From assembly GCA_051362555.1 (NCBI GenBank), contig CM120643.1, positions 16,310,848 through 16,374,847 on the forward strand: DNA of 64,000 bases, in the 5' to 3' direction. Position numbers and translations under genes: made by a program. The DNA is from Lingula anatina (Eukaryota > Animalia > Brachiopoda). Below the pieces are notes generated by a model. That model had not been told where the DNA came from. It searched no databases and saw only the letters and a program-made list of their open reading frames with translations. This document shows positions 49,657-63,993 of the stretch, piece after piece (the stretch's first letter is position 1; the number at the start of each line of letters is the position of its first letter).

Positions 49657-50563
49657 CAGGCCTACCCAACTACCAGACTCGGCACCTACAGATCCAGAAT
49701 AAACCGGTATATCAGACCACACTACCCGTTTTCAAGGTGTGTGTCAGATCGCATTACAGAGTATCATACCCCATCACAAATTTTGTAAGCCTACCTGTCA
49801 TCCGGGTATCGCGCCTCGTTTTCGTCAAGTAGGAGTCGTATGAATACAACAACATGGAAATCGGCAATCCTCGGCTCATTCCGCAAGCTCCATACTATTG
49901 TCGAGTGCGGAGACATCGGAGTAGTTCCGAGTGACAACATGGCGACAGACGACTCACTGAATCTCGTCCAGAAAATATTTAACCCCCGACAGAATATGCT
50001 TCCGCTATCAAAATTAGGTCTACTTTTCTAAATGAATATATAAGTTTGCAAGTTCTTATTAACAAAACATCATTGGCTATGTTCGAACCTAAATTTTATG
50101 TTAAAAATTGCGGTATTGTCAGATTTTTAGCATAAACAGGGAAAATTGCAGCAGCGCATGAATCTAGATGAAATGCACTATTTTCCAACCCCGCTTTAGA
50201 CCACGGTGGAAGTGAAGAACAAAAGATTCAGACCTGGTGTTACTCGCATAACCGCACGTCTCGCATGAATGCGTTATAACCCGCTAATGGACCCGTGGTC
50301 TAAATAAGATAGATCCCTCGTCAGCCAGGGTTATGTGACATCCACTCGTGCTTCGCACTCGTGTATGCCACATAACCCTCGCTGACTCGAGGTCTATCTA
50401 TTACTACGATCATCGCTATCACATCGCGCACCAGGCAAAATCGGTGTGGTGGCTGATACTCTGTAATGCGATCTGACACACACCTTGAAAACGGGTAGTG
50501 TGGTCTGATATACCGGTTTATTCTGGATCCGTAGGTGCCGAGTCTGGTAGTTGGTTAGGCCTG
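49657..50563. mobile_element. 907-bp non-autonomous DNA transposon with ~110-bp TIRs and a 5-bp TSD (hAT5-like)
   Basis: CAGGCCTACCCAACTACCAGACTCGGCACC...ATTACAGAGTATCA and its inverse ending ...TTAGGCCTG; TTTAT on both sides. Confidence 0.88.
50303..50403. repeat. ~100-bp imperfect palindromic element nested in the MITE
   Basis: ATAAGATAGATCCCTCGTCAGCCAGGGTTATGTG...CACTCGTGCTTCGCACTCGTG...CACATAACCCTCGCTGACTCGAGGTCTATCTATT. Confidence 0.7.
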
Positions 50564-51906
50564 TTTATGGTTATTTTAAACTTCGCCTCACAAGATAGAA
50601 AAATGACATGAAATTAGATGAAGTTTTTGACAGCTCTCGTTCTTCAAACCAAGGAACCCACCTTACTGAAATTTGCAATACTTTCAATGTTTCCATCAAA
50701 TCAGGCTATAGCGGCGTTAAAGGTTGTACTTACCAAGACAAGCAAACTGCAATCAGGGTTCCCCCATCCTACCACAACCGCCACCCCCCCCCACCCCCTC
50801 CAAGTGTCAAATGTTATCAGTTATCAGTAAAATACATGTTTGTATTAATCTGTATGTTGTATCATTATATTTTGAAATATCCCTCACTAATGGCGTGTAA
50901 ACATGAGAACATAGAGGAAGATTAGATCTCCGGATCTGAAACCGCATTGGGAGAATGTGTCACAGGCCCTTCCTTAATTTCCTGTTGTTCTTGGTTATGA
51001 AAGTGCAGGAAATTCTGGTTAAAACAACATGTTCTTCACTGAAATTGATATCGTGCATGATTCCAGTACAATTTTGTGGCCGCAGTCGTTCGCAATTTTC
51101 AGTCTTAAAGGTATTTTGTCTCATTTCCTTCTTCATAATTTTGCTTATTGCTACATGAGCGTGAGCAATTTAAATGATTATGGAGTCGAGAACTCTCCGA
51201 CGGCAAACCTCAAATTCTGGTTCTTATCACGAAAAAGTTCATGAAATATTGGAGTGAACGCCTGCCTCTTAGTTGACAAGGTTAGAGCAGATATTACATT
51301 TGAAACATAATGCTAGCAGCTAGAAGTTTCTTATAAATTTTGGAAGCTTAACTATCGTTGTTGGAGCCAAGGAACAGGAACCAAAATGGCAGTCTTTCAA
51401 ATATCGGTATGCATCAGATTTGATGGTAATTACCTCGTCTTATGTGGCAGGCAAAAACAATCATGTAACACATTGACACGTTCGATATCTATAAACATCA
51501 GCCAATTTGCAAGTGCATATTTGTTGGCGACCTTTTCATGAGGCATTATTGTTGTTCTTTTTTTTTTTTTTTTTTTTTTTTTGCTAATTAAGATATTTAT
51601 TAAAACTTGGGTGGTTTTCTTGACTAAAAAAGCAGTCAATGCGACATTTACGCCAAGGGCATAACCCCCTTTGGAAGGGCTACGTATTATGAGGAACAAG
51701 AGAAGAAGTGACTTATTCAAATTTATTTTTCTTAAAAAGAATATTACTTTTATGTATTTATTGTACGCATTATCACAAAAATAAAGATGTTTTAAGTATG
51801 TTTGATTTACACTCTGTACGTATAATTAAAAAAAAAACAGAATGATGGAGCTGGGGTTTTAAATGGGCAATATGGGGAAAAGTTGCATTCTGTGTTAGGT
51901 TCACTA

Positions 51907-51939
<33 letters not shown>

Positions 51940-54051
51940 CATTATTATTATTATTATTGGGGGAGGGAGGTGGATTGCAGAAAAGTACAACTGGAAAGTT
52001 CATTAAAACTTCAGAAAATTACAGATAAGGTATTTGGAATTAACTCAATATTACCACAATACTATAACCATTTATCCAAAAATCATGAACTACCGGTAAT
52101 AAATACATCCTAAGTTCGAAAGTACTTTTTCGTATGATTACGTCTACAATCTCGCCTTGAATTTCAAATCTGTCAAACCATGAGTATTGTATGTGACTTT
52201 TCCAGTCAGTTGTACGTAATGTTTGCTTTATAAAAACGCAAATTATATGTTAAAGAGAGCTCTATTTCAACAGCCACAGAACATCGCATTGGTGCTGTGA
52301 TGTCATAACACATAACATGCCTCAACATCCAGACATAACAAATATACCTAAACATATTGAATGGGATCTAGACAGATGACGAAACAGTTAGGTTAAAAAA
52401 TCAGAATTTTCCACCTCGATAACATGTAAAAGAAATGCTTTTCACTGTCTCCATTCCCTCGGTCTTCTGAACAACCATCTTTACACACTACTTTCAATAT
52501 TTCAAATTATCAGCTGAACACAACAGTTATTTTAACACTGGCAATATTTAATATTAGTAACAAAATTATATGGCTTATACATGTATAATATTATATTTTT
52601 ATGCCTCTAGTACATGTAGGTCTCTGATAGGTCTCATACCATGCTATAATCTTTATAGCAAATGAGTGGAAGTGTGTTTAACTGTTATTCATTATTGAAC
52701 ATTCCTGCACGATGAACAATTCCATTAATTCACAACATGACAATATGTTTACAACACAGACAAACATGTTTACATTGGTTGATAATGTTAATATACATAA
52801 AAGTCAATGTAAACCCATTCCTTATTACTGAATGGTCAGATACAAATTTCACTATCTGATAAGCGCCTAAATGATAAGCTTTCCTGCATGCACTGAGCTC
52901 ATAACAATTTCAGAATTTCACAAAATAGCAATAGTAGCAAGTAATAGCAAAGAAAAACATGTTTACATTTATAGATAATTATATAAATACATGTGTATAG
53001 GTTACTATTATTTCATTTCTACTCCTCTGACGAAAAAAAAAGAAAGAAAGAAAGGAAAAAAGAATCAATGACTTTCATGAAAATAATCCGATCGTGTTGA
53101 TTTTCAAAAGGAACCAGTCTTGCTAATATGCAGTCATCCTGCATACTTACAGTAAAAACGAAAATACGGTTTTGTGGTTATAGGAACGAATGTTACGGAC
53201 GGTGGCGCTGACGACGCAGGGGCGGTTCCAGGATTATTTGAGGGGGGGGGGGGGGTCCGCGGATGCAAAGCCGCAAAGGGGGGGGGGGGGGGGTCAACAC
53301 AGCGACGACATGGATAGACACAGAGATCAGGATGTATATACAGACACACACAGTGATTTGTATATAGAAACGCATATATTGTTTGAGAATGATTAATGGA
53401 TTGAGGTAGAGATTGTTAAATACTAAGAAAATTCTGAATATCACAGCAGAGGTTAAACAAAAAAATCTCTCATTTTCCCATCAGCTATGTATTATGTGAC
53501 TGATGTCTATCACAGAAAAGCATTAGTTGTCGTCGTGCAGGTGATTCTTACTGATTGTCATGTCAAACGGGGCTGATCATATATCGGTTTTTATCTAGGA
53601 AAGCTCCAGGGAAATACTGCGCAGTGAGTGTTGGCGGGCTTGTTCACACGAAGCTTTGGTAGATCGGTTCTATCGAGCCAAGGTCCCTTTTAGTCTATTT
53701 CAGTTTCATATTGAGCCTGCCTATCAGAGAATCGAGGTCTCAATCACAAAACTTGTACTGGTGTTGTGTACAAGAAAGTACCCCGTGATGCAGTTACCCA
53801 GTGCCCATTGATATGTACAGGTAACCTGCTTCTTAAACTTTGGTCCACTTAAATGTACCATTACGGCACGCTAACCCTAACCTGTATGAATCCAATTGGG
53901 AGGGTGGACTCTGCAATAAAGACCATGTTTTTCTTCACACTGGATGAACTTTATAACGTAGCTAAAACCAATCAATCTGAGTCTTCGGTGAACATGTCTG
54001 CTGTCGTGCTGTCCGTCAGATAAGGCACGGTTAATTTTTCACACCTATGAA

Positions 54052-57000
54052 CTATGGATTATCTTTTATTACTTGGTCAATCCAATCTCTGTAGTGATAC
54101 ACTTCTGTGAAAACGCTTGGGAAAGTCGGTTTATTGCACACGATGTGACCCCAGCTATTAACTCCGTGTAAAACCCAACGCCCGGTCATGTCTTCGCATA
54201 CCATCGGGCCCCCGCTGTCCCCCTAGCGGAGTGAAGTTTTATGTTAAAAATGGCAAATTAGGAGAATACTTACTTTTACTCTCTTAAATGATTTAAATCA
54301 CAACGTAAATAGAAAAGTAGATTTGATAAAACACTAACTTTCAAAGGATTTTGGAATGTTATTCAAGGTATGTATAAAATTGCTTTTTGACTGATTTTAC
54401 GTTAAAGGATGGAAAGGAAATCATAGTCTAACAATCGTTTATGTCCAAGGACAAACTTGTTCTTGCAAGGCCTTATTTTTATAAATATAAGCACTTAACC
54501 AAATTGGTTGAATAGTGCTCTTTCTTTCTTCTCGCCAACAGGTACCAGTGATCTTGAAACCCATTACTTACTGCACACGCGTTGATGATTCCGCTCTCAT
54601 AAAGTGCACACATCATAGTGGTGGCGTTATAGACATACGTCATTAACGATGTTGCTGCGTCACATACGGCGTCTGTCTCCTCTTGTGCTTTGGCCTCACG
54701 GAGATGCATCGTCGCAGTCGCTGAAAGTGGGACATTTACCTTTATGAAAGTGCACAATCTTATCACTAACTTATTTATTTTTTGGACAGTTGAAGGCATT
54801 ATAATTTGTCAACATATACTCGTAAAAACAGGTCAAAACAAGCCCAACTAGTCAAAAAAAACTGTCATTCCGGCAGCTTGCACCGACTCCTTAACTCTGG
54901 GGACGTGGATGAAGTAATGAAACCGCCCAGAGCTGGTAATAAATAAAATGCACACCAAGATGTAGAAAGGATTACATATTAAAAAAAACAAGGAATAAGC
55001 AGTAAAGATGGCGACTCGTGAGCGGTGAACCTTGACATGGGTCATCAACTGTACGTGTAGTGATTGCTCGCTGCGTTTGATGATTTAATAATTCATGTCC
55101 AATGCATTTCGTCAAAAAATCTTAATTTTAGATATCCTTATGAATTTTATTTTAGTATCATGTCTGGCTACGTGCGAAAGCAAATCAGAAAGGTACCGTT
55201 CATCTTTTTATGCGAGCCAATAAAATATTTCGTTGAGCAAGGATATTCAAACGATCGCCTACGGTCAATAGCGACAGAATCTATTGGGCGTACTCACTGG
55301 TTACCATTGTGCAATGTATAAGATTTATTCGTATATGTAAGAAGTACAATACCTCTATTCCCTTGGGTGGCACCCCATCCCGTTATATAACACCTTCTTT
55401 TGGGGGAAACAGGCTCGTCCACTGACGGTAAACACACAGGGCGGATATAGTCCGTGTAGGTTACAGGCGCTTCCAATTTCAGCAACGCAATGTCGTTATT
55501 TATTGCGCTCGGCGTTTCAAATTGTGGGTGACTGTACGTGGCTTTTACTCGGACCACGACTGACTTGGCATCAGGAAGGACTAATTTCACAGACCCCAGT
55601 CTCACAGCAAGGTATCGGTGTAGAAAACTTGGAAGCCTATCAAAGAGAAGTGGATAGGCAAAAAGCACATTTTAAGGGATATTGAACAATGAAAGAGTTC
55701 GTCTCGTCATAGATTAGGTAACAAATTCTATACAGCCCTCTAAACTGTCGGCGGCGATTAATTTAGGGTTATCCCAGGACTTAATAGTCTAAATTAAGTC
55801 TTAAAAGATACGTGCTAAATGATATATAATTTCGTTTGCCTCATTATCAGTGAAGATGTTTATTAGGAGATTCCCAGCAAGAGGATCAGCTATGGAATCT
55901 GTTTTGTCCGCTTAAATACATATATGGGTGGAGTGTGTTCATGAAGCCAAAATCTCAATCATACCAATCTATACAATGCGCCCCAGTGAGGAGCCACTGT
56001 TTGTTGATGAGTGTAGCTCCGCAGTAATGACCACCAATCAGCGTCATTAGTGAGGCTTGCCAAGGCCACGCCCCTTCCGTCGCTTGTTCGCCACCTGTCA
56101 CACGGGGTGCAGCCATTTCCACTTCCGGTAGATTGGGAGACTTGGTTCCACAAACTGAAATATGTTTTGCAGTCATTTCTTCATCATTATTAGTTATCCA
56201 TATGACATACCGGTATATGCTTTTTCTTGATACATGACACTTGTCAGGCCTAAAGGTTTCACTTGAACGTGCTTGCTTTCATAAATCGATTCAAGTGTTA
56301 CAGCTGTATACCCATGCAATCATATCAATATTTGAACTCGTGAAACATACAGCTGGTATAATGCCTCTGATATGGTTGAGTAAGGAAAAGAAGACTTTAA
56401 TGTTATATATCCATTTCAACACATATTGGTTCAAACTTTGAGGGAGGATCTATTTTTTCATGGTTGGGTAATCAACATGTTAATCCATGCACTAAAAATG
56501 AAAGGATGCAATGATGTGGATAAAACTTATATCGTTCTGTTTAGCGATTTCATTACAAAGTAATACACCATAAACCAAAACGTATATGTCACCAATGATA
56601 TCACATTTCACATTTTGCAATATGACAAGTCTCTTGGTAGAAACCAATAAAGAGGATTGAAAGTACATGAAGTGGTCTGTTGCCTTACACGCCATTACGA
56701 TATAGTGCGCTTTGAACCTTTCACTAGATGTTCACAGGAGGTATATGCACTTACTTTTGGAACCACAGGATAAGGATAATGCTTTGGAACCATTACATCC
56801 GGTGCTGAAATAAATCGAAACAAAAAATATTGTGTTGGTTTTTAATGGTCAATAATTGGTGACCTAGAATAATGACAATGCCATATGAATACGTGTATTA
56901 GGGCGTTTAAGCTAATGTATCACGTCTTGGCTAGATATGCTGCATCTTCAAGAGAAACGGAAGGAGCATATGCAAAAGTGAGACAAATTGTGGGAACTTA

Positions 57001-60000
57001 AAAAACTTAGGGCTGAATGTTCAGGTTATTACGTTCTGCAAGAAAAGAATGTCAGATTTGTTCAACAGTAAATCATTACTGCTGCATTCAGACAAATATG
57101 ACAGAACTGTCATTCCGAGAAAAAACTGTTGATAAGACTTTTGTATCATGTGGCCTGTGGCGTATACATCAACAGACGACCTACATACCTCGGTACGAGA
57201 CTTCCCCGCACAAGTGGTGTTGCAATGCTCGTGTTCAGCTTCATGTATAAGTTAGATGTCACGTTGACCGAGTTCACGTGGATCACAGTGCTGCGTAATG
57301 ATACAAGAGTGGCCAAGATTAAATATATAAAGTGGACATGCAATCACTGGCGGGAAACACGCCATAAAACAGATGTTCATCGTGCTTTGGTATTTTTACT
57401 CTATTAAATGTCAATTGTCAACGCCGACGTATTTGTTTACTCAAAATTTCCCATATCGCAAAGAAGTTATACGTGTATCTGCTGGAGCCAGAGAGAGAGC
57501 ATTATTCTTTTTTTTCCAATACATATTTTGTTTATCAGCTCCACCCCCCAACCCCCCCCCCCCCAACCCCCCACCAAAAAAAGGAAAAAACAATATTTCA
57601 AAAGCATCAGTCATATGTTGAGGATTGAGCAGGCAAAAAATCAGGAAGAACTTACTGACTATTCCGCTCTTCATTTCCACTAGTAGCGTAATAACAAAGT
57701 GAAATCGGGTCAAATATATGAGGGATAAAGTGGGCATTTATATACATAATCGCTAATGAAACCAGAACGAGAGTTTTGTTGCTCCTACGTGTAGTTCTCA
57801 TTTTGGCGTTTTCGTAGGTTTATTAGAAAGCGATAATTTACATGTTTATACGATAAAAAAAATCTGCTTTTTTCCTTTCTCTTCCTCTGTTTTGAATGCT
57901 GTTTTCTCACACCACCAACCAATTTTCAAAACAAACAAATTCCTCCTACATATATATCATTACTGCGCTGATAAGCTTCAGATTAATTTACTACACGAAC
58001 TTTACATGCTTTAATGTGGAAGTCTGCATTTCATTTTATTTCGTTTACAGACACGTTTGTGCGATTAACCTATGTCTTACTTCTTACCCAAGACTAACAT
58101 CTCTGAAGACAATTTCCAAGAAATCAGGAAGATGCGATTTTTTACATTAAGTGAATAAAGGGGATATAAACAATAAATGTATCAAACTGTAAGCGCTAAT
58201 TCATCAAGCTTCCTGGACCCATTTTTACAACGTCAACAAGTAAGGAGTACCTTTGAGGCCTTAAGCCAATTGTAAGTGCTTATCCATCAAGTTTACTGGA
58301 TCCATTTTTACAACAAGATACGTTTCATATTGTAAGCGAACTGTCAGCGCTAATGCACCACTATGCTTCCTGTAGCCATTTTTTACGTATGCACGCAATT
58401 CATTACTTTAAGCCTAAACGTGCCAGAAGCTACAACTCGCGCCTAAGCTTTCAGAAGCCCGTTTCCCAGCGTTAAACATTTGCGCGCGTGGGAATCTTCC
58501 GCTGCCAAGTTGGGCCAGCATATTCTGATACATTTGCGTCACGAACCAGTTGATGGACTTTCTATTACAATCAACACACTACTGTAGCAATTCCAATCCA
58601 TATTTTGTCCAACCAACCACCACCATTGTAACAATGACAGACGGGGCGCCGTCAACAGGCTTCTAACAGTTATACATGTATTATCGTGCTCAAGCGGTCT
58701 ACAGAGATGGGTCGGGCAGAGTTAATAGGAGTTTATGTTCATTGACAATTCACACCGTAATACCGAAAAAAATTAATTCAAACACTGGATCTTACGTTGA
58801 AATGGAGAACATGACGTTTCGACATTATCACAAGTCCTTCTTCGGGTGAACTGTTTTTGGGGTGTTACTGGTGTCACGTTGTAAATTCTGCTAGGGATAA
58901 GGTCAAGATCTCCTTTTTAATGTAAGACCCAGTATTAACACCGATTTTTCCTTATCTTAGTTTTGTATATCCGGATGAATCAAAATTGGCAATTTGAAAT
59001 CCAAACTAACTCTTACCCATGGCCGAGCTCTTTGCAAATTCTGTCAAACCATCTTGAGTTGACATCGATTAAGCAAATTGGGTACCATTGGTTTTGATGC
59101 CATGCTTTCGCCACGCCGGTCATTGTTTCATTGCTAGCATCGAGGCGTACTGAAATTGATACAGACAACATACACAGTACATTGAAACTACCAATCAACA
59201 AATTTATATTAAAGTCTACGATATTCTGTATTCTGCAAATTTTTGCTATTTCGTTAAATATCAGTTTTATCAAATGCAATTGGCTCGCCAGCACACACAC
59301 ACACACACACACACCAGGCCCGTAGCCAGCAATTTCAGAGGGAGGGGTCGTTTCCTTAAAAAATGGACCTTTTACCATAAAATCCTCAAGTACATAGATC
59401 AAATTTTACCCAGAGTGGACCTTTTTCCAGCAAAAAGGGTGGTTCTTTCGAACCCCCCTAACCCCCACTGGCTACGGGCCTGCACACACTATAAATGTAT
59501 AACTTACGGCAATTCTTTTCATCCCTCCCATTGGGGCAGTTCACCATGCCGTCACACTGAGCCCTGGCTGGCACACATGTGGTGTTGTCTCCACAGCTGA
59601 ACTGGCCGGCTTCACAAACATCTGGATAATGACATTTACCATGAACGTGAGACACGTAAAACTTTCTCCATTTGGTTGCAATGTTATAGAGTCGCCGAAC
59701 TACGTTTGATTTCAGTTTTAAGGAAGTAGGACTTAAACTTTTTGGTTTCAATTTTAGAACTGTAAAAGCTCTAACCTTTGGGGTTATGCTATGCTTAAAT
59801 AACTGCTATACTATCATTGTCATGAGATTTATATGAGGTGAACTTTCTATGCCAAACCCTAGTGTACTGGTAGATGTGATCTTCATTTACTTTTGTTGAG
59901 AAACCATCAGCCATTTATGGCTAGCCCCCTCCTCCTTTGATGGTTAAATGATATAGCATAGTCAAAATGTACCAACTAAATATGTCTGAATACAGATGTT

Positions 60001-61505
60001 TTATCTCACTCCTTTAAATATCAATCCCCATATTTCGTGTGAATGTTAAAACACTTACACACTAAATACAACAAGAGCTGACGCGTTCAGTGAGAAAGCC
60101 TAGATAACCTATGGTAACTTTGATAGGTTTCTAATACACGTTCTAACTAATGTATTTCCTCTGATTGCATTTCCGAGAAGTTTTGATTGTTCATGCTGTG
60201 AATTCCTATTCCCCGAATTCAGTAAACAACGGAGTAATGATCCATTCTGATACACAATCAATACTTACTACACTGAAAATAAAATACAAAGTAGGACAGT
60301 GAATAAAAGGTTCGGTTGTGGTATTGTTGTTTGATTGATGGGGTGGAGTACACAAAACTTGAAGGAGCAAAATCAAGTGATATTTCACATGACTTAGGGC
60401 GCGTTTCCATTGAAGTTATCGGTCTACGTAGATCGATCCTACTTCGTGGGGACTCTCGCTGAATGCAATCAGCTTTTCAGATTAACACACCTCCTTCTGT
60501 TTCCAACGTACTCGAATAATTATCAATTTCACTGACCCTATCACGTTTTCAAGAGACACGAGATTGTAGAAAGTCACCTGTTCTGTATTCAAATCAACGT
60601 CAGGGGAAGGCGTGTTTTAATATGTTAAACTGATTGCATTCAGCGAGAGTCCCCACAGAGTTGGATCGACCTACGTAGACCGCTGGTGTCTATGAGAATT
60701 AGCCCATGATGTACGTACTGCAAGTTATTTCATCATCGCCGTCAGCGCAGTCTTGGTGTCCGTCGCAGACCCACTGTTTTTCTATGCACCTGCCGTCTCC
60801 ACACTCCCACTGGTACGGCTTACAACCTGAGAGGGGGGAGAGTGAGAGGCTTTACAACATAGCTATGACTTGATACGGTCTATAGAGCATTTGCTAGAGC
60901 ATATCACTTTAAGAATCGATCATAATCACTGGGTTGATCTTGTATAAGAAATATATAAATTACTTTAAAAACTCATCCATGAAGATCAGCTATGATAGAT
61001 AATTATTGATTCTCATTTTAGTTCCTGAACAAGGTATTTTTATCTATCATAATTGATCGTTATAGCTACGTTTTCAGTGTTATTTATTTATTTATTTGAG
61101 CGTGGCAAGTACGTGATACGACACGTAGAACACTTATGTAAGGAAAATATCTTCAGACAGGAACTGCACCGTAATTCTGAATGTCAGTTTCAATGATAAC
61201 AAACAACATAATCGTGACGCTTATATTAGGTAAATGATCGCCCATATCATTCATCCATGTGATGTGACGGGATATTGCATTTCCTGTTGCTGCGCTGACA
61301 TACAAGCAAGCACAGGAAGCATTTCGTCTTAAGTAAATGTGATCCGAATTAGACTGAAGAATAGGCGTGTGGAACCCTCACGCATGCTATGATTATTTAT
61401 TTATTTATTTGTTTATTTATTTATTTTCATTTGTTTTTTAATATTTTATTTAATTATTTATTATTATTACTTATTTGATACGGTTTATTTTTTACTATTA
61501 TTATT

Positions 61506-61536
<31 letters not shown>

Positions 61537-61856
61537 TTGGCAAAAGAAAGCTTATGTTCTACAAAAGGGTAATATGGTTAGTTTAACAATGTTAATACGA
61601 AGCCCTCTGTTACCGCAGTGTAATTCATCCGTGTTATCGCCGCAGTCGTCGTCCCGGTCACAGCGCTCACTCCCTAATACACACCGTCCATTGCCGCACT
61701 GGAAGTGGGTCGTATTCGGGCAGACTGAAAAGTGAAAATGAATGATTTTCTTTCCTTTTTTGTTTGTTTCTTTGAGTTTATTTGCCTTCATGTTTATCTC
61801 TTTCTACTCTTCTCTCATCCCCGCCTTCCTTCCTCCCTTCCCCCTCTTTCTTAATC

Positions 61857-61905
<49 letters not shown>

Positions 61906-63164
61906 ATGTGTGTGGAGGGGGATGCGTATTTGTGCGGTGGAGTATCATTGCAGATCTGATTGGTTGAGGGCACATTTCAACCCTTTAAAAAGGCTAGTAA
62001 ACATTGGCATTTCTTTTCTCGGGGTGATTCCACACCCGTTGTCAATATGTACAAAATATAAGCACCGTGTCACAAAACAAGCTGAAAAATGACAGAAAAA
62101 AACAGCATATCTAGAGAGTACCCAGAGAAATATCTGTAAATGTCCACTAAAATATATATCTATGGTCCTGGTACATGCAGAGGGTACAGTATGTTTACCG
62201 CAGTTTTGCATTTCATCAGCTCCGTCGTCACAGTGTTCGTAGCCGTCGCATACATAGCTCATGTGGATACAATTGGTACTGCTCGGGCAGAGGAACTCAT
62301 TACTCCGACACTCTGGAAATATTCACATTACACAATTTTTTCAATACTGGGTTACCAACAATCTGTTCCTAAAATGTTATTTCATTTTTTTTCTTTTCTT
62401 TTTTCGAGATTTTGGTGCAGCTACAGGGTTGCTTATTTAGGTAATAGGCCTACCTTCCGTGTTACAGGTGTTATTCTAATGAAAATAAAAATAAAAAACA
62501 ATATCTCTGTAACAATATTATGTTTTAGATGGTCAAGTACGTGCAATGCCAATAAACGACTTATAGGCGTAGATTAGAAGACTCTGTTTGACACTCCCTT
62601 GGAATATTGTAAACACTTTAGGCAACCTCGGGGAAAACAATGATACATCGCCAAAAGGTCAGAATAGGAGACAGAAAACACGCATCTCCTACCTACGTTG
62701 TTGAATCACTTTTCTTATCGCGTACCAATCAAACCTTGAACACCTGCGTTTAAATGAAACTACTCCCAACCAATCTTTACCACAAACAGCAAATGCAATA
62801 GTTTTTTTTTTCTAATTTCTGAACGCTCTTCATATTTCTTTGCTCAAATAACCCGATGAATCACTGAATAAAGACAGCAGTCACGCAATTTCCATTGGGT
62901 TTTGCAGAAAAATATTTCTGATCCAAATCGTTACCCTGAGACCCCAAACCCTGAAAGTAACTTCTCAGAATCGCTTTTAGCGGAAAGTGTTTCCAATAGA
63001 CTCTGAAACTCAGGGTGATATTGCCAGACAAATACAAGACTTACCACAGTTCTGCATCTCGTCTCTGCCGTCATGGCAATCCAGTCGTCTGTCACACACT
63101 TTAGCCAAGCTTATACACCCTCCGTTTGGGCACTTAAACTGGAACTCGTTGCAAAAAGTGCTGT
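54052..63164 (-). CDS. Mosaic S1A serine protease, 3' part: >=5 LDLa + SRCR + protease domain (corin/TMPRSS/enteropeptidase-like); 5' end beyond the window
   Basis: LDLa exons 63164-63045, 62312-62199, 61724-61614, 60826-60719 and 59621-59508 (all phase 1). SRCR-like exons 59149-59017, 57290-57189 and 56804-56755. Protease exons 56154-55965 (CG..R|VTGG, TGAHC), 55636-55353 (NDIALL, GWG), 54720-54572 (MMCA..INACA) and 54222-54052 (GDSGGP..SWG..WI, stop). Confidence 0.92.
58190..58390. repeat. Degenerate short tandem repeat, 3 copies
   Basis: GCGCTAAT/GTGCTTAT...CTTCCTG..CCATTTTT recurs near 58193, 58276 and 58347. Confidence 0.55.
59315..59482. mobile_element. hAT-like MITE inserted into a (CA)n tract
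   Basis: CAGGCCCGTAGCCAG / CTGGCTACGGGCCTG, with CACAC flanks. Confidence 0.8.
60397..60705. mobile_element. MITE with long subterminal inverted repeats (GGGC...GCCC, Harbinger-like)
   Basis: CGGTCTACGTAGATCGATCC...GTGGGGACTCTCGCTGAATGCAATCAG / CTGATTGCATTCAGCGAGAGTCCCCAC...GGATCGACCTACGTAGACCG. Confidence 0.75.
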
Positions 63165-63826
63165 CTGAAAATGGAACCACAGAACTAGTGGTCATCGCTA
63201 AGCAACATTATATACTATGATTTATTTCAAACATTTTAACGTTAAAACACTCACATGAATGAAACAATGTTCATATAAACCCCAGTGTATAATTCATAGC
63301 ATAATTCTCCGAGGAGCTTTAGAAAAACTTCTACAAGAAAATGTGATGTTTACGCTAATTATAACAAAATCGACATGAAAACATTATACTGATTTTGATT
63401 TTTTTTTTTTTTTCATTATGCTGGACTTACGTGGTATTTATATAGTGTAGATTTATTAACAAATAAAAGTGAGAACCGAGCGTGGCTTAACATTGCCAAA
63501 AAAAGAAAATCCATCATATTAAACCCCATTAAAATTTTAAATATCATTGTCTTATAATTATATTTTGCAGATTTCAAGTCATTCACTAAGGCTAGTATTA
63601 AAAGTGACTGATCGGCACTTACATATTTCTAATCAAAACGTCGATCAGCAAAGAAATACTGCAATGACCTATGTTGCCATCGTTCTTGTTTTAGAGGATT
63701 GCGGTACATATTTAGGGCGTGCGCGACAATTAAGACAACCACAACTTCCACACAAGTTTACATAAGTCTTATTTTTGAAATTTTTGTCCTTTCTTCTCAG
63801 ATATCTTGAAATCACTATGTACTGTA

Positions 63827-63993
63827 CAGGGGCGGATTGAGGTCGTCTTCTGGGTCTTCCGGAAGACGGTCAGATTTTCAAGTTTACATTGACGGGCATC
63901 AACTTTTTCTGTCGGAAGACGGTCAAAATTGGAGGATGGATCAACAAAGATAATTTGGAAGACTGATAGAAAATAGCTCTGGATCCGCCCCTG
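63827..63993. mobile_element. hAT-like MITE with a 5-bp TSD
   Basis: CAGGGGCGGAT / ATCCGCCCCTG, with CTGTA on both sides. A related solo left end CAGGGGCGGTTCCAG lies at ~53217. Confidence 0.8.

Noticed and set aside
51773-52113. Poly-N and poly-Y ORFs
   Set aside because: Derived from an (ATT)n microsatellite.
58796-58890. Candidate extra protease exon (AG...GTAAG flanked)
   Set aside because: It would end in phase 1 and break the frame. The 59017->57290->56804 path is already in frame.
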